Part shown: positions 30,205 to 40,751 of the stretch, one piece after another
Layout: each line of letters starts with the position of its first letter
Numbering within the stretch: position 1 is the first letter of the stretch
Origin: Candidatus Poribacteria bacterium
GTDB taxonomy: Bacteria > Poribacteria > WGA-4E > WGA-3G
Assembly (NCBI GenBank): GCA_963665235.2
Contig: CAXXLX010000001.1
Coordinates: forward strand, 3,552,001-3,616,000
Direction: 5' to 3'
DNA length: 64,000 bases
The notes under the pieces: generated by a model
Database searches by the model: none
What the model saw: the letters and a program-made list of their open reading frames with translations, nothing else
What the model was told of the DNA's origin: nothing
Position numbers and translations under genes: made by a program

Positions 30205-32391
30205 GTGTCAACAGCGGAACTTGAAGCACTCAAACGTGAAAATGCTGAACTGAAAGCTGCCAATAGCGAATTGAAAGACCGGCTTGAACTGATGGAGACC
30301 ATTTTTAACATTCACAGTGAGGGGGTGGCAGCATCTAACTTAGAAGGTGAGTTTATAATTGTCAACTCAGTCGCCCAGGAGATTGTCGGTGTGGAAACAG
30401 TCGACACCTCACCTGATGAATGGAGTGGACGTTACGGAGTGTTTTATACCGATAAAGTTACACCAGTTCCAACCTCTGAACTTCCGCTCTACAAGGCACT
30501 GAGCGGGATGGCAACGGACAATGTGGAGATGTTTATTCGGAATAGTAAACGTCCAGAGGGGGTGTTTATCAATATCAGCGGGCGCCCTTTATTTAACAAG
30601 GAAGGTAACGTGACCGGGGGCGTTATCGTTATGCGCGACATCACGGAGCTCAAGGCAGTTGAAGCTGAACTAGAATCGACGATTAACGACCTACAAGCGC
30701 AGACGCAGTTGATGGAGATTATTTTCGATAATATCAGTGATGGTGTTGTTGTCGCAAATGCGGATGGGGAATATACGTTGTTTAATGCAGTCGCCAAACA
30801 TATGGCAGGTTACAATCCGGTAGGTGTAAAAATCCCGCACGCCTCTGAAACATTTGGTCTTTTTCTTCCAGATGGTGAATCGCTTTTTCCAACCTCTGAG
30901 CTCCCGCTTGCAAAGGCACTCGAGGGGGAACAGACAGATAACGTTGAGATGTTGCTACGCAATGTATCCAATCCGAACGGGCTCTATGTGAGTGTGAGTG
31001 GTAGACCCATATCTAACGAACAAGGCGTTATGACGGGTGGGGTCTCGACTATCCGTAATATCTCCAAAGAGAAAGAGGCGGAGGCACAGCTGAGAACACT
31101 AAACGATCAGCTGACAGATCAGAGCGAGCTCATGGAGTCTATCTTTAACAGTATGAGTGATGGGGTCATAGTCGCTGATGAGATAGGGCATATCACATTT
31201 TTTAATCCGAGCGCCAAACGTATTGCCAGAATTGATTTATCTCCAGAGGATATTGATGAGTGGCCCGGGCGATATGAGTTTTTTCACATTGACGGTGTCA
31301 CGCCTATTTCTTTTGAGGAGCTGCCCCTCATGCAGGCGATTCAGGGGAGGGCGACCTACAACATTGAAGCCTTTTTGCGAAATTCGAATTTTCCGGATGG
31401 GTTTTATGTCAACATTAGCGGTAACCCGCTGCGAGACAGTGCTGGTACACAGAAAGGGGGTGTCATCGTTTTTCAAGATATTACGGAGAGGATTCGTAGT
31501 AGGGAAGCGATGGCGGAGGCATTTTCGCAAGGCAGACTAGAGATTATTGATACAATTTTGCACAATATCGGCAATGCCATTAACAGTGTGGCAGTTGGAG
31601 TGGAGACGATTTATGACAACCTGAAACACGACAAGCTTGTTCCGCGCCTTTCCGCGCTTGCCCGTGCAATTGAAAAAAACCGGGATAACCTGAACGATTA
31701 CATTAAGAATGACCCCCAAGGACAGCAGGTGCTCCCGTTCATTCTTACGCTTTCCCACGATTTCACTGTGCTGCTTCAGGAGCTTCAGGAGACAACGGAG
31801 CGTATCCGGAGCAGAACAGCACATATTGTTGATATTGTCCGGACCCAAAAATCGTATCATAGTGCCAGTCCGCTCCGTAAAGATATTGAGCTTGCTGTCG
31901 CAATTTCGGATGCTGTGAAGATACTCCAGGATTCAATTGATAAGAGACAGATTGAGGTTGGGATTGACTGCGAAAAGGCACCTGTAGAGATACGGATTCA
32001 GGAGAGCCAATTTCATCAGATGTTGGTGAATTTTATCAAAAATGCAATTGAAGCGATTGATGATTTGGCGTTATTGGATAAACCGTTTCAACCGCCGCGT
32101 ATCGAGTGTCATGCCTACAGCAAGGAGGAATTTCTGTATATTGATATTACGGATAACGGGATAGGAATTATGCCTGAAGACGCTGAGCGCATCTTTACCG
32201 CGGGATTTACGACCAAGGACCACGGAAGTGGATTAGGGCTGCATTCAAGTGCGAATTTCGTAATCAGTTCCGGCGGGCAAATTGAAGCCCTTAGCGAAGG
32301 AAAAGGAAAGGGGACTACAATGCGTATCATGTTACCGCGCGCCTTAATTCAAGCCGGAAGTAGTGAGAATTCAGGGGGAGGTGCTAAATGA
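30205..32391 (+). CDS. Cytoplasmic sensor histidine kinase with three PAS domains
   Basis: 3 PAS repeats, LHNIGN H-box, NAIEA, DNGIG, GFTTK, GSGLGL. Confidence 0.93.
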   Translation: MSTAELEALKRENAELKAANSELKDRLELMETIFNIHSEGVAASNLEGEFIIVNSVAQEIVGVETVDTSPDEWSGRYGVFYTDKVTPVPTSELPLYKALSGMATDNVEMFIRNSKRPEGVFINISGRPLFNKEGNVTGGVIVMRDITELKAVEAELESTINDLQAQTQLMEIIFDNISDGVVVANADGEYTLFNAVAKHMAGYNPVGVKIPHASETFGLFLPDGESLFPTSELPLAKALEGEQTDNVEMLLRNVSNPNGLYVSVSGRPISNEQGVMTGGVSTIRNISKEKEAEAQLRTLNDQLTDQSELMESIFNSMSDGVIVADEIGHITFFNPSAKRIARIDLSPEDIDEWPGRYEFFHIDGVTPISFEELPLMQAIQGRATYNIEAFLRNSNFPDGFYVNISGNPLRDSAGTQKGGVIVFQDITERIRSREAMAEAFSQGRLEIIDTILHNIGNAINSVAVGVETIYDNLKHDKLVPRLSALARAIEKNRDNLNDYIKNDPQGQQVLPFILTLSHDFTVLLQELQETTERIRSRTAHIVDIVRTQKSYHSASPLRKDIELAVAISDAVKILQDSIDKRQIEVGIDCEKAPVEIRIQESQFHQMLVNFIKNAIEAIDDLALLDKPFQPPRIECHAYSKEEFLYIDITDNGIGIMPEDAERIFTAGFTTKDHGSGLGLHSSANFVISSGGQIEALSEGKGKGTTMRIMLPRALIQAGSSENSGGGAK

Positions 32392-34286
32392 CCGAACGCA
32401 ATACACGTGTTTTAATCGTTGATGACCAACATGAGATTTATACCGATTTTCAGGAGATGTTGAAAGCGAAGAACAAGAAGGTGCTTTCAGACGATTTTGC
32501 AGAGACGTTTTTTGCCGAAGAGTCCCAAAATGAGGTGCCGCATCTACCGACGTTTGAACTTTCATACGCTCCAAGTGGCGATGAAGCTTACGCTATGGTG
32601 AAAACTGCCAAAGAATCTGGGCATCCATTCGCAGTAGCCTATATCGACATCAGGATGCCGCCGGGCATGGATGGCATTGAAACTATCCGGCGGATAAGAG
32701 AATTTGAGCGGGACCTCGAAATCATTATCATGACAGCTTACACCGATAAACCGCTCCCCGAGATTGTCACGAATATGGAGTTACTGCACAAATTGCTCTA
32801 TATCCGAAAACCGTTTGCGCGGGAAGAAATTCAGCAGATTACCCACTCCCTCGTTGAAAAGTGGAACATTGAACAAGAAGCGTTAAAACAACAGGAGCAA
32901 CTCGCCTTATCAAATCAAAGACTTGAAACTGTCCTTAATGCGTCAGAAGATGCTATCGGACTCTTCGATGGGACGCAGCGGCTCCTGTTCGCAAATGAAC
33001 AGTATTGTGAGCTGTTTGACATCTCAAAAGAGCAGATTCGGCAGATGTCACCAGAAGATCACAGTGCACGCGTCAAGGCACGGTTCCAAAAATTGGAAAG
33101 CCCGGAGGCAATGCACGCCGATCCCTTTGAAAACGGTGAAAATATCCTAGAGACGATTGGAGATACCACTGCCGACAGTCCAGTGCCGGGGCGGTTTTAT
33201 CGCTCAATCCGGCCTGTTGAGGGAAGTGAGCCTGGGGTCACTGGTAAGGTTGTGAGTTATCGGGACATGTCAAAAGATGCTAAGATTCAGCGGATGGAAA
33301 ATGAAATTATGACACTGCGGGCTGAACTTAAAGCTACCTATTCTTTTGATGAAATTATCGGTAAAACCCCAGAGATGAAACGGTTATTCGCGCGAATCCA
33401 ACGGGCAACAGAGGGGGACATCACTGTACTGATTCAAGGGGAAAGTGGTACCGGTAAAGAGTTGGTCGCGAAGTCAATACATTATAATAGCGCACGCAAA
33501 GCCGGGCCATTCGTTGCGATTAATTGTGCTGCTATACCGGAGGCCCTGATTGAAAGTGAACTCTTTGGACATGAGCGGGGTGCTTTCACGGGCGCGCTTG
33601 AACGGCGCATCGGAAAGTTTGAACAAGCTAACACCGGGACGCTGTTTTTAGATGAAATTGGCGATATGCAACCGCCATTGCAAGCGAAATTACTGCGCGT
33701 CCTACAGGACCGGCAGTTTCAGCGTGTCGGCGGAACAGTCAATATCTCCACCGACATTCGTGTGCTGACAGCCACCAACCGAGATTTATCGAACCCTGTT
33801 GAAAAAGACAATTTCCGCGAGGACCTCTATTACCGTATCGCTGCCTTCCTTATTACGATTCCCCCCCTGCGGGAACGGCGTGACGATATTCCAATCTTGG
33901 CGAATTATTTCTTAAAGAAATATGCCGCAACTGCCAAAAAATCGATTACAGCCCTTTCTGCTGAAACCTTAGACGTGTTGAAGCAATACGATTTTCCTGG
34001 CAACGTCCGGGAGCTAGAAAACGCTATTGAAAGTGCTGTCTTGCTCGAAACGACAGAAACGCTGCAACCGGGCAGCCTCCCAAAGCATCTGCTACAAGCG
34101 GATTCACAAAACCTCACAGAATCCGAACCAGATGATACTGACATTTTTACGCTTGACGAAGTTGAACGGAAGACTATTGTTCATGCACTCAAGGTGACAG
34201 ACAATATCTCAAGAGCCGCAGAGGCACTAGGTATCAATAGGTCTACGCTGCATCGGAAATTGAAGAGATATGATATACCCAGCTAA
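32388..34286 (+). CDS. Sigma54-dependent response regulator (REC-PAS-AAA+-Fis HTH)
   Basis: DIRMPPG, GESGTGKE, GAFTGA, GNVREL, LGINRSTL. Confidence 0.96.
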   Translation: MTERNTRVLIVDDQHEIYTDFQEMLKAKNKKVLSDDFAETFFAEESQNEVPHLPTFELSYAPSGDEAYAMVKTAKESGHPFAVAYIDIRMPPGMDGIETIRRIREFERDLEIIIMTAYTDKPLPEIVTNMELLHKLLYIRKPFAREEIQQITHSLVEKWNIEQEALKQQEQLALSNQRLETVLNASEDAIGLFDGTQRLLFANEQYCELFDISKEQIRQMSPEDHSARVKARFQKLESPEAMHADPFENGENILETIGDTTADSPVPGRFYRSIRPVEGSEPGVTGKVVSYRDMSKDAKIQRMENEIMTLRAELKATYSFDEIIGKTPEMKRLFARIQRATEGDITVLIQGESGTGKELVAKSIHYNSARKAGPFVAINCAAIPEALIESELFGHERGAFTGALERRIGKFEQANTGTLFLDEIGDMQPPLQAKLLRVLQDRQFQRVGGTVNISTDIRVLTATNRDLSNPVEKDNFREDLYYRIAAFLITIPPLRERRDDIPILANYFLKKYAATAKKSITALSAETLDVLKQYDFPGNVRELENAIESAVLLETTETLQPGSLPKHLLQADSQNLTESEPDDTDIFTLDEVERKTIVHALKVTDNISRAAEALGINRSTLHRKLKRYDIPS

Positions 34287-34316
34287 ATGGTTGAATTGAC
34301 ATAAGGGACGGTCAAA

Positions 34317-34426
34317 TGTTGCAATCTGCTACACTTATTGCATTTTACAACATAACTTGCTATAACCCTTTTACTCTCAACGCTTTCTCCCTATATACAC
34401 TACCGAAACTGTTGCATTTTGAAACA
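34317..34426. promoter_or_regulatory. Candidate enhancer block (3x TGTTGCA-N3-TGCAACA-like sites), copy 1
   Basis: Palindromic 17-mers at 34317, 34336, 34410; block duplicated at 35772-35879. Confidence 0.6.
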
Positions 34427-34574
34427 GATTCTTAAAAAACACCTACCGCCAGCCCCTTAATATCGCGAGCACAGCTCGCTCCTACAGAAGAGGGATGTTG
34501 AACAATCACCGAAAAATATGGAGAACTAAATAACCCTACTTTCGGGTATGATTTTTTAGAGGGAGGGCTCTAAC

Positions 34575-35712
34575 GTGCGTAAATTGTGTTCAATTTTAAT
34601 TTTGCTAGTAGCAGTAGTATGCCAAACAGATAGTAGTGCAAACTATCGCCTTTATGATAATGGCACCGGGCATTGTGATTTAAATCCAGATTCTGTGATA
34701 TGCGATATCGGTAAACGCATAGGATTTGTGTCTCACGAGGGTGTAGGTACAACAGGATTTCTGATCGCACCTGATTTGCTTATGTCTTGTGCACATTGTG
34801 CGGCAGGTGACACAATCTCACGAGTTGTGCTAAATGACTTTTTGTCCAACATTATTTCACACAAACAGAACGTTTTGTCCGTGTTTCTCTTATGTTTGGA
34901 CGCTCTTCAGTCCTGTATGGACGATATATTTATAGCGAAGCGTTCCCCCTTTCTCTTTAGTCCCATAGGGACGATATGTTTGTTCGACACCATCCAAATC
35001 TGTGAGAAAAACAAAAACAATCAGTTAACTGACACAAGTCGTAATCTCGCTTGTCATGGAAGGTAACGAGACATTTGCATGGAACGAAGATCATCCGCAT
35101 ACGAAAAAACTGATAGAGTTATCCTCTAATACAGGTGAAGATATCCGCTTGTGGCAGTTACGAGAGCCTATCGGTTTCAAATACGGCTGGTTTTCACTGA
35201 CAAACGTTATTGTGAATTCGAATACAGGTGTGCATGTGGGTCATCCAAATTATCAGCCGAAAACTTATGTAAACCCTGGTGAAATTGGATATGATGCAGA
35301 AAATAGTCCCAAAAGGGTAGGGTGTGCGACATGGGCAGAAGGCGGCAGAAGTGGGTCACCTCTCATAGATTTGGATAGAAACAAAGTGATAGGTGTCGCT
35401 TATTTAGGCGGAAATTATACAACGGCTGCAACTTTTGTCGGGATATGGGATGAGTTGGTAACCCACCTTAATGCCAGCAAGTTAAAATATTTCCCGCAGG
35501 CAGTAGATTTTACCAATATCACAGAGATAACGATCCATGAGGATGCATTACCCTTGAAAATCAAACTGAAGTCTAAAAATAATAACCGTGTTGGCACCGC
35601 ATTGCGATGGCCTACTGGCAACTTCAAATTGGTAGCGAAAAAATGTAAGCGCGCCTTTACAGTGTGCATGAGCTGTCTTTCCAATTTTCTACCCTTCTAC
35701 CTATCCATTTGA
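34575..35712 (+). pseudogene. Secreted trypsin-like serine protease split by a 223-bp insertion
   Basis: TGFLIAPDLLMSCAHC (His), DIRLWQL (Asp), GRSGSP (Ser); excision fuses the two ORFs in frame. Confidence 0.82.
34820..35042. mobile_element. MITE family C (ACGA(G/C)TTGTG imperfect TIR, 6-bp TSD AATCTC)
   Basis: AATCTC at 34814-34819 and 35043-35048. Confidence 0.82.
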
Positions 35713-35771
35713 CAAAATATTTATACACTTTCCTTACAGCGGGCAATTTTACCGCAACTCGGAAAATATGT

Positions 35772-35879
35772 TGTTGCAATATGCTACACCTATTGTATTT
35801 TACAACAAAACCCGTTGAACCCTTTTACTCTCAACGCTTTTCCCTAATATCCCCCTAAAAACCGTTGCATTTTGAAACA
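35772..35879. promoter_or_regulatory. Candidate enhancer block, copy 2
   Basis: Same three palindromes, 125-230 bp upstream of a sigma54 promoter. Confidence 0.65.
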
Positions 35880-36002
35880 ACCGCCTAAAAACATCTATCC
35901 CCATTTTTGTAGATATAGATAATTATATATATCCGCTGAAGCCTTGATAGACAAGGCTTTTCAGCAGACTTAATAGCAAATAACAAGCCCGATTTTACTT
36001 GT

Positions 36003-36018
36003 TGGCACGGTTTTTGCA
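36003..36018 (+). promoter_or_regulatory. Sigma54 -24/-12 promoter
   Basis: TGGCAC-GGTTT-TTGCA. Confidence 0.85.
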
Positions 36019-36190
36019 CATAGGGTGATTGTGAATATAAATTGATCAATTAACCCGATTATGCAATCCTTCAGATAAAATAGCATAACGGGGAAACCGA
36101 TAAAACTTTCCCAACGAATTGGGTTAATTGGATATTAAAATTTTTTATTAACTTAAACAGTTTTTTAACTTAAAAAGGAGAGTCATTCCA

Positions 36191-38272
36191 ATGAAAATGA
36201 CAAATTTCTATTTTGTTCTCACGTTAACTTTAGTTTTAAGCGTTTGCTTTGTTGTATCACCCTCTCATGCAGGACGTGCTATAGCTTCCGGTAGTGCAGA
36301 TGCCAATTCCGCCTCTGGACAGGTCTATTTGCATCTGTCTGAGGGGGACATGCCTTACGTGACCGGTTTCGGAATGGTCGAAATTGATGTTCAGGATGGA
36401 GACTTTCATATCGTTGAGGGCGAACTTTGGGCAAGCTACGAGGATAGTTTAACCCACAATACGATTTCGGGTGTCGTGGCTGGTACCCCAGCTCAGGTGA
36501 AAATTGTTTTGGCTATGGGTCATATAGGGCATGACCAAACCACAGGCGATACCTTTGAAACGATGTACACGCCATCAGATAATACCGAATCCAATCAACC
36601 CCCCGATAACAATGATTCCAAGGACGAAAATCCACTTGACCCTAACATGATGCGCCCTGGAGATTCCGATGACGAGAATCAGAGTCCTAGCCTGCATCTG
36701 AATAGGGAGAGAAGGGATAGAAACCCCGACGACAATAACCAAAACCCACTTGACCCTAACATGATGCGCCCTGGAGATTCCGATGACGAGAATCAGAGTC
36801 CTAGCCTGCATCTGAATAGGGAGAGAAGGGATGAAAACCCGGATAACAATGACCAAAACCCGTTCGACACTAACATGGCACCGCCTAATAATCGCAACGA
36901 TAACCAAAGTCCGTTGCAAGTCACCCTGAATCCGAATAGCGAGAGAAGGGATGAAAACCCGGATAACAATGACCAAAACCCGTTCGATACTAACATGGCA
37001 CCGCCTAATAATCGCAACGATAACCAAAGTCCGTTGCAAGTCACCCTGAATCCGAATAGCGAGAGAAGGGATGAAAACCCGGATGACAATGACCAAAACC
37101 CGTTCGATACTAACATGGCACCGCCTAATAATCGCAACGATAACCAAAGTCCGTTGCAAGTCACCCTGAATCCGAATAGCGAGAGAAGGGATGAAAACCC
37201 GGATGACAATGACCAAAACCCGTTCGATACTAACATGGCACCGCCTAATAATCGCAACGATAATCAGCCTCCCAGGTTGAATTTGGATAACGAGAGAAGG
37301 GATAGAAACCCGGATAACAATAACCAGAATTCGTTCAACGATCTCATGGCACCGCCTAATCAGGGCAACGATAACGATAATCCGTTGCAAGTCACCCTGA
37401 ATCCGAATGCCGAGACAAAGGATGAAAACCCGGATAACAATAACCAAAACTCATCCAACCCTAACATGGCACCGCCTAATCAGGGCAACGATAACGATAA
37501 TCCGTTGCAAGTCACCCTGAATCCGAATGCCGAGACAAAGGATGAAAACCCGGATAACAATAACCAAAACTCATCCAACCCTAACATGGCACCGCCTAAT
37601 CAGGGCAACGATAACGATAATCCGTTGCAAGTCACCCTGAATCCGAATGCCGAGACAAAGGATGAAAACCCGGATAACAATAACCAAAATCCAGGACCTA
37701 AACCGAACGTCAATAGCGAGACAAAGGATAGAAACCCGGATGACAACAACCAAAACTCATTAAACCGTAGTGGGATGCGCCGTGATGATTCCAATAACGA
37801 GACTCCAGCACTCGGTCCCAACGTCAAAGAGGAGAGAAGGGATAGAGATTCCGGCGATGATAACGAAGATTCATCCGACAATACCAGGAGGCGCTCCAAG
37901 GAGGACGATAACGAAAATCGGGAACGCGGTCCCAACGTCAATGATGAAAAAGTGGTAGATGATGCATGTCGCAACATCGTTGAGTACTTTCAGACCGGCG
38001 AGGGCAAAGCGAAAGCGGTCGATGCAACGGAACGGCTCCTGATGTATGCAGAAAGCATCGCAGCGTCTGAACTTCCGACAAATGCTGAACGGGCCAAGGA
38101 ATATGCTGAGTTTCATGAAGAGTTCGGTAAAGTCCTCACGGAATTCGCTGCAGGCCTTGAACAGGAGGGCGTTTCCGATCAGACGCGCCAACAGTGGGAG
38201 ACCATCGTCCCGTTAGTCAGGCTGGCACAACGCGAATTTAGCCAAAGAGAGGTTGACCCTGAAACCCCATAA
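36191..38272 (+). CDS. Secreted Asn/Asp/Pro-rich protein with ~10 tandem 38-40 aa repeats
   Basis: Signal peptide, AAGGAG RBS, 114-120 bp tandem repeats at ~36620-37760. Confidence 0.85.
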   Translation: MKMTNFYFVLTLTLVLSVCFVVSPSHAGRAIASGSADANSASGQVYLHLSEGDMPYVTGFGMVEIDVQDGDFHIVEGELWASYEDSLTHNTISGVVAGTPAQVKIVLAMGHIGHDQTTGDTFETMYTPSDNTESNQPPDNNDSKDENPLDPNMMRPGDSDDENQSPSLHLNRERRDRNPDDNNQNPLDPNMMRPGDSDDENQSPSLHLNRERRDENPDNNDQNPFDTNMAPPNNRNDNQSPLQVTLNPNSERRDENPDNNDQNPFDTNMAPPNNRNDNQSPLQVTLNPNSERRDENPDDNDQNPFDTNMAPPNNRNDNQSPLQVTLNPNSERRDENPDDNDQNPFDTNMAPPNNRNDNQPPRLNLDNERRDRNPDNNNQNSFNDLMAPPNQGNDNDNPLQVTLNPNAETKDENPDNNNQNSSNPNMAPPNQGNDNDNPLQVTLNPNAETKDENPDNNNQNSSNPNMAPPNQGNDNDNPLQVTLNPNAETKDENPDNNNQNPGPKPNVNSETKDRNPDDNNQNSLNRSGMRRDDSNNETPALGPNVKEERRDRDSGDDNEDSSDNTRRRSKEDDNENRERGPNVNDEKVVDDACRNIVEYFQTGEGKAKAVDATERLLMYAESIAASELPTNAERAKEYAEFHEEFGKVLTEFAAGLEQEGVSDQTRQQWETIVPLVRLAQREFSQREVDPETP

Positions 38273-38355
38273 CCGTTGGAAACATGTAGGGCGGGTTTTG
38301 ACATCCGCCCTGCACGCTTTTTTACTCAAACAATTCAACCCTAAGCACAAAGAGA

Positions 38356-38413
38356 AAGGAGCGGGCATTCCTCACCGCCTTAAAGGGACACGGTTTCCTG
38401 CCCGAACGTTTTG
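38356..38413 (+). mobile_element. Solo IS200/IS605 (IscB/IsrB-type) right-end remnant abutting an ATGA
   Basis: GCGGGCATTCCTCACCGCCTTAAAGGGACACGGTTTCCTGCCCG..TTG|ATGA resembles 48076-48132. Confidence 0.6.
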
Positions 38414-39445
38414 ATGAACAAGCAAAAAATATTTCTATCTTTCCTAATATTTTGCATTTTCGGGGCAATCTTAACGCTAATGTGGCCTCGAGCGGAAAAA
38501 CAGGACGAAAAACCTGCTATCTCCGAGGTTGTACCTACCCCGAAAGAGCTATCGGAACGTGTCCAACGTGCCGATTCTTCTGGTCAAAAGCAACCCGTTG
38601 ATGTTTGGGAGAGCTGGGTACATGAACGGACTGAGGCAATGCTTCAGTATCTACAAAACAATTCTGAAAGTCAAGGTATCCTGTCGGGCTCTCTTGATGC
38701 GGACCTGCTTGCACAACTGCGGAAATCCTTTTTATCGGAAAACCTTGCCTTTGCCGAAGTGCTGCAGCAAACTACGGATACCCCGCCACCGGTTGACATC
38801 GGTTTCAGTGAGCTTTTCCCAGGTGAGGACTATAGTGCTGAGGACGACAGTGTTGAGGACTATAGGTATAAGGGGCCGCAGGAGGTGGAAGCACTCCTTG
38901 AGACGTTTGGACACAGGGCTGCAGATCCGCTCCTTGATGCGAAGTATCCGCAGGAGGAGTGGCTTCAGCGTACCCTTGCACAAGGTTACACTATAGATAG
39001 TTGGGAAGATTATGCGGGTTTTCTAACAGCACGACGTAATCTCGTCGGTTTGGAAAACGCACCCGACGTGTGGAACTCCGGACGATTAGGCATTTCGCCA
39101 ACCTCGGATTTTGAGACGTATAAAGCAGCGTATATGGACAGGAAAATCTGGGAATATGCGCAGCTGAAGGACGCAAAACAGATTGACTCCCGAGTAAATG
39201 GTGGTTTCTTTAAAGACGATGGAACTTTCCTCCCATTTGCACCACAGCGGGTTTATGTTGAAAGGGTAGGGGCCAGTGCAGCGTTTATCGGTACATCCCT
39301 CTCTGACAGACAGAAATTTGATTTATTGACGCGCGGTGTCAGTCCAGAGGGTTATGAGATTATTTATATCGATAAAGATGGCACACGGCTTTCAGGACCG
39401 CCGCCGCTGCTTTCTCGGCAGGAGCTTCTCACTAATAACGACTGA
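38414..39445 (+). CDS. Hypothetical protein with N-terminal membrane anchor
   Basis: Long ORF with N-terminal TM segment. Confidence 0.75.
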   Translation: MNKQKIFLSFLIFCIFGAILTLMWPRAEKQDEKPAISEVVPTPKELSERVQRADSSGQKQPVDVWESWVHERTEAMLQYLQNNSESQGILSGSLDADLLAQLRKSFLSENLAFAEVLQQTTDTPPPVDIGFSELFPGEDYSAEDDSVEDYRYKGPQEVEALLETFGHRAADPLLDAKYPQEEWLQRTLAQGYTIDSWEDYAGFLTARRNLVGLENAPDVWNSGRLGISPTSDFETYKAAYMDRKIWEYAQLKDAKQIDSRVNGGFFKDDGTFLPFAPQRVYVERVGASAAFIGTSLSDRQKFDLLTRGVSPEGYEIIYIDKDGTRLSGPPPLLSRQELLTNND

Positions 39446-39530
39446 GTATCTTGAGGGCCTGCAACGTCCCCTATTGTTTGTACACATTTCCACCCTCCAC
39501 CCGTTTGTAGGCGCGCTTTGATGAAGATTA

Positions 39531-40751
39531 AGAAATTAATTCGGTAATTTCTGTTTTTATGTTATCCTATTGTCCCAGGAGGTATTGTCTTATGTCAAAA
39601 CGCCATGAACTTGAACTCAGTAAAGATGAACGCCAAAGACTGATTGAACTCCGCGATACAGGGGAACCCGCTTATCTTCGGGAACGTGCGGCTGCCCTGC
39701 TAAAGATAGCCGCGGGAACTTCTCCACACAAAGTCGCCCTCAAAGGGCTGCTAAAGAAGCGAGATCCGGACACTGTTTATGCCTGGCTTCGCCGATACCA
39801 AGAAGAGGGCATTCAAGGATTGTTTCATAGACCGGGCCGTGGCCGCAAACCCGCGTTCGCCCCCAAATCCCCCGAAGAAGCAGAAACCGAGGCGTTGACG
39901 GCTATAGGACAAGACCCGGGACAAGTCAAGGCACATCAAACGCGCTGGACGCTTCGCACGGTTGGCGAGGTTGTGCCGTGGCTTGCTAATATCTCTGTGC
40001 CGGGTATCCATCAAATCTTCTCACGCCTGGGCATCAGCTATAAGCGTGCTAGACTGTATTTGCAGAGTCCGGATACAGACTATGCCAAGAAAATCGAACG
40101 GATACAGCAAGTTTTAGAAGAGACCCATCAAAACCCACAGAACACGGCTGTGCTTTATCAAGATGAGTTCTCATTTTACCGAAACCCCACTATAGCAAAA
40201 GACTGGGCACAGACAGGGACAAAAACGCCATTAGCCCATCAGAGTTATCAATCGGATAAAACTATTTATGGTATCGGTGCTATGAACCCCCATACAGGAG
40301 ACGTTGTTTATCAGCAAGTGCCAAGCTGCACAGTTGTAGCCCTCCATACATTTTATACCGAGATTTGCCAACGCTATCCCGACAAGCAACGGATTTATCT
40401 TATCCAAGATAATCGGGCGATACATTTTCACGCCAATTTGATGGAGGCACTGCTGCCGCAATCGGTCTCCTTTGTGAAACCGACCCCGCCGAATTGGACC
40501 GGAAAACTTTCCGAGAAAATCGGTGAACTGACAAAACTCCCGATTGAAATAGTGCAGCTGCCGACTTATGCGCCGTGGACAAATCCGATTGAGAAGTTAT
40601 GGCGATGGGTGCGGCAATCGGTTCTGCATATCCATCGCCTCTGCGATGAGTGGGAGACCCTCAAAGACAAGGTGCTTGACTTTATGACACAGTTTAGAGG
40701 CGGCTCACAAGCATTGCTACGCTATGTCGGATTATTACCGAATTAATAAAT
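39531..40751 (+). mobile_element. IS630-family insertion sequence, TA TSD
   Basis: ATTAATTCGGTAAT inverted repeats; TA at 39529-39530 and 40752-40753. Confidence 0.88.
39592..40746 (+). CDS. IS630-family transposase
   Basis: HTH, YQDE, QDN...H, LPTYAPWTNPIEKLW (DDE). Confidence 0.95.
   Translation: MSKRHELELSKDERQRLIELRDTGEPAYLRERAAALLKIAAGTSPHKVALKGLLKKRDPDTVYAWLRRYQEEGIQGLFHRPGRGRKPAFAPKSPEEAETEALTAIGQDPGQVKAHQTRWTLRTVGEVVPWLANISVPGIHQIFSRLGISYKRARLYLQSPDTDYAKKIERIQQVLEETHQNPQNTAVLYQDEFSFYRNPTIAKDWAQTGTKTPLAHQSYQSDKTIYGIGAMNPHTGDVVYQQVPSCTVVALHTFYTEICQRYPDKQRIYLIQDNRAIHFHANLMEALLPQSVSFVKPTPPNWTGKLSEKIGELTKLPIEIVQLPTYAPWTNPIEKLWRWVRQSVLHIHRLCDEWETLKDKVLDFMTQFRGGSQALLRYVGLLPN

Noticed and set aside
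36575-37977. Hydrophobic repeat ORFs on the minus strand
   Set aside because: Antisense shadows of the 36191 repeat protein, which has an RBS, signal peptide and promoter
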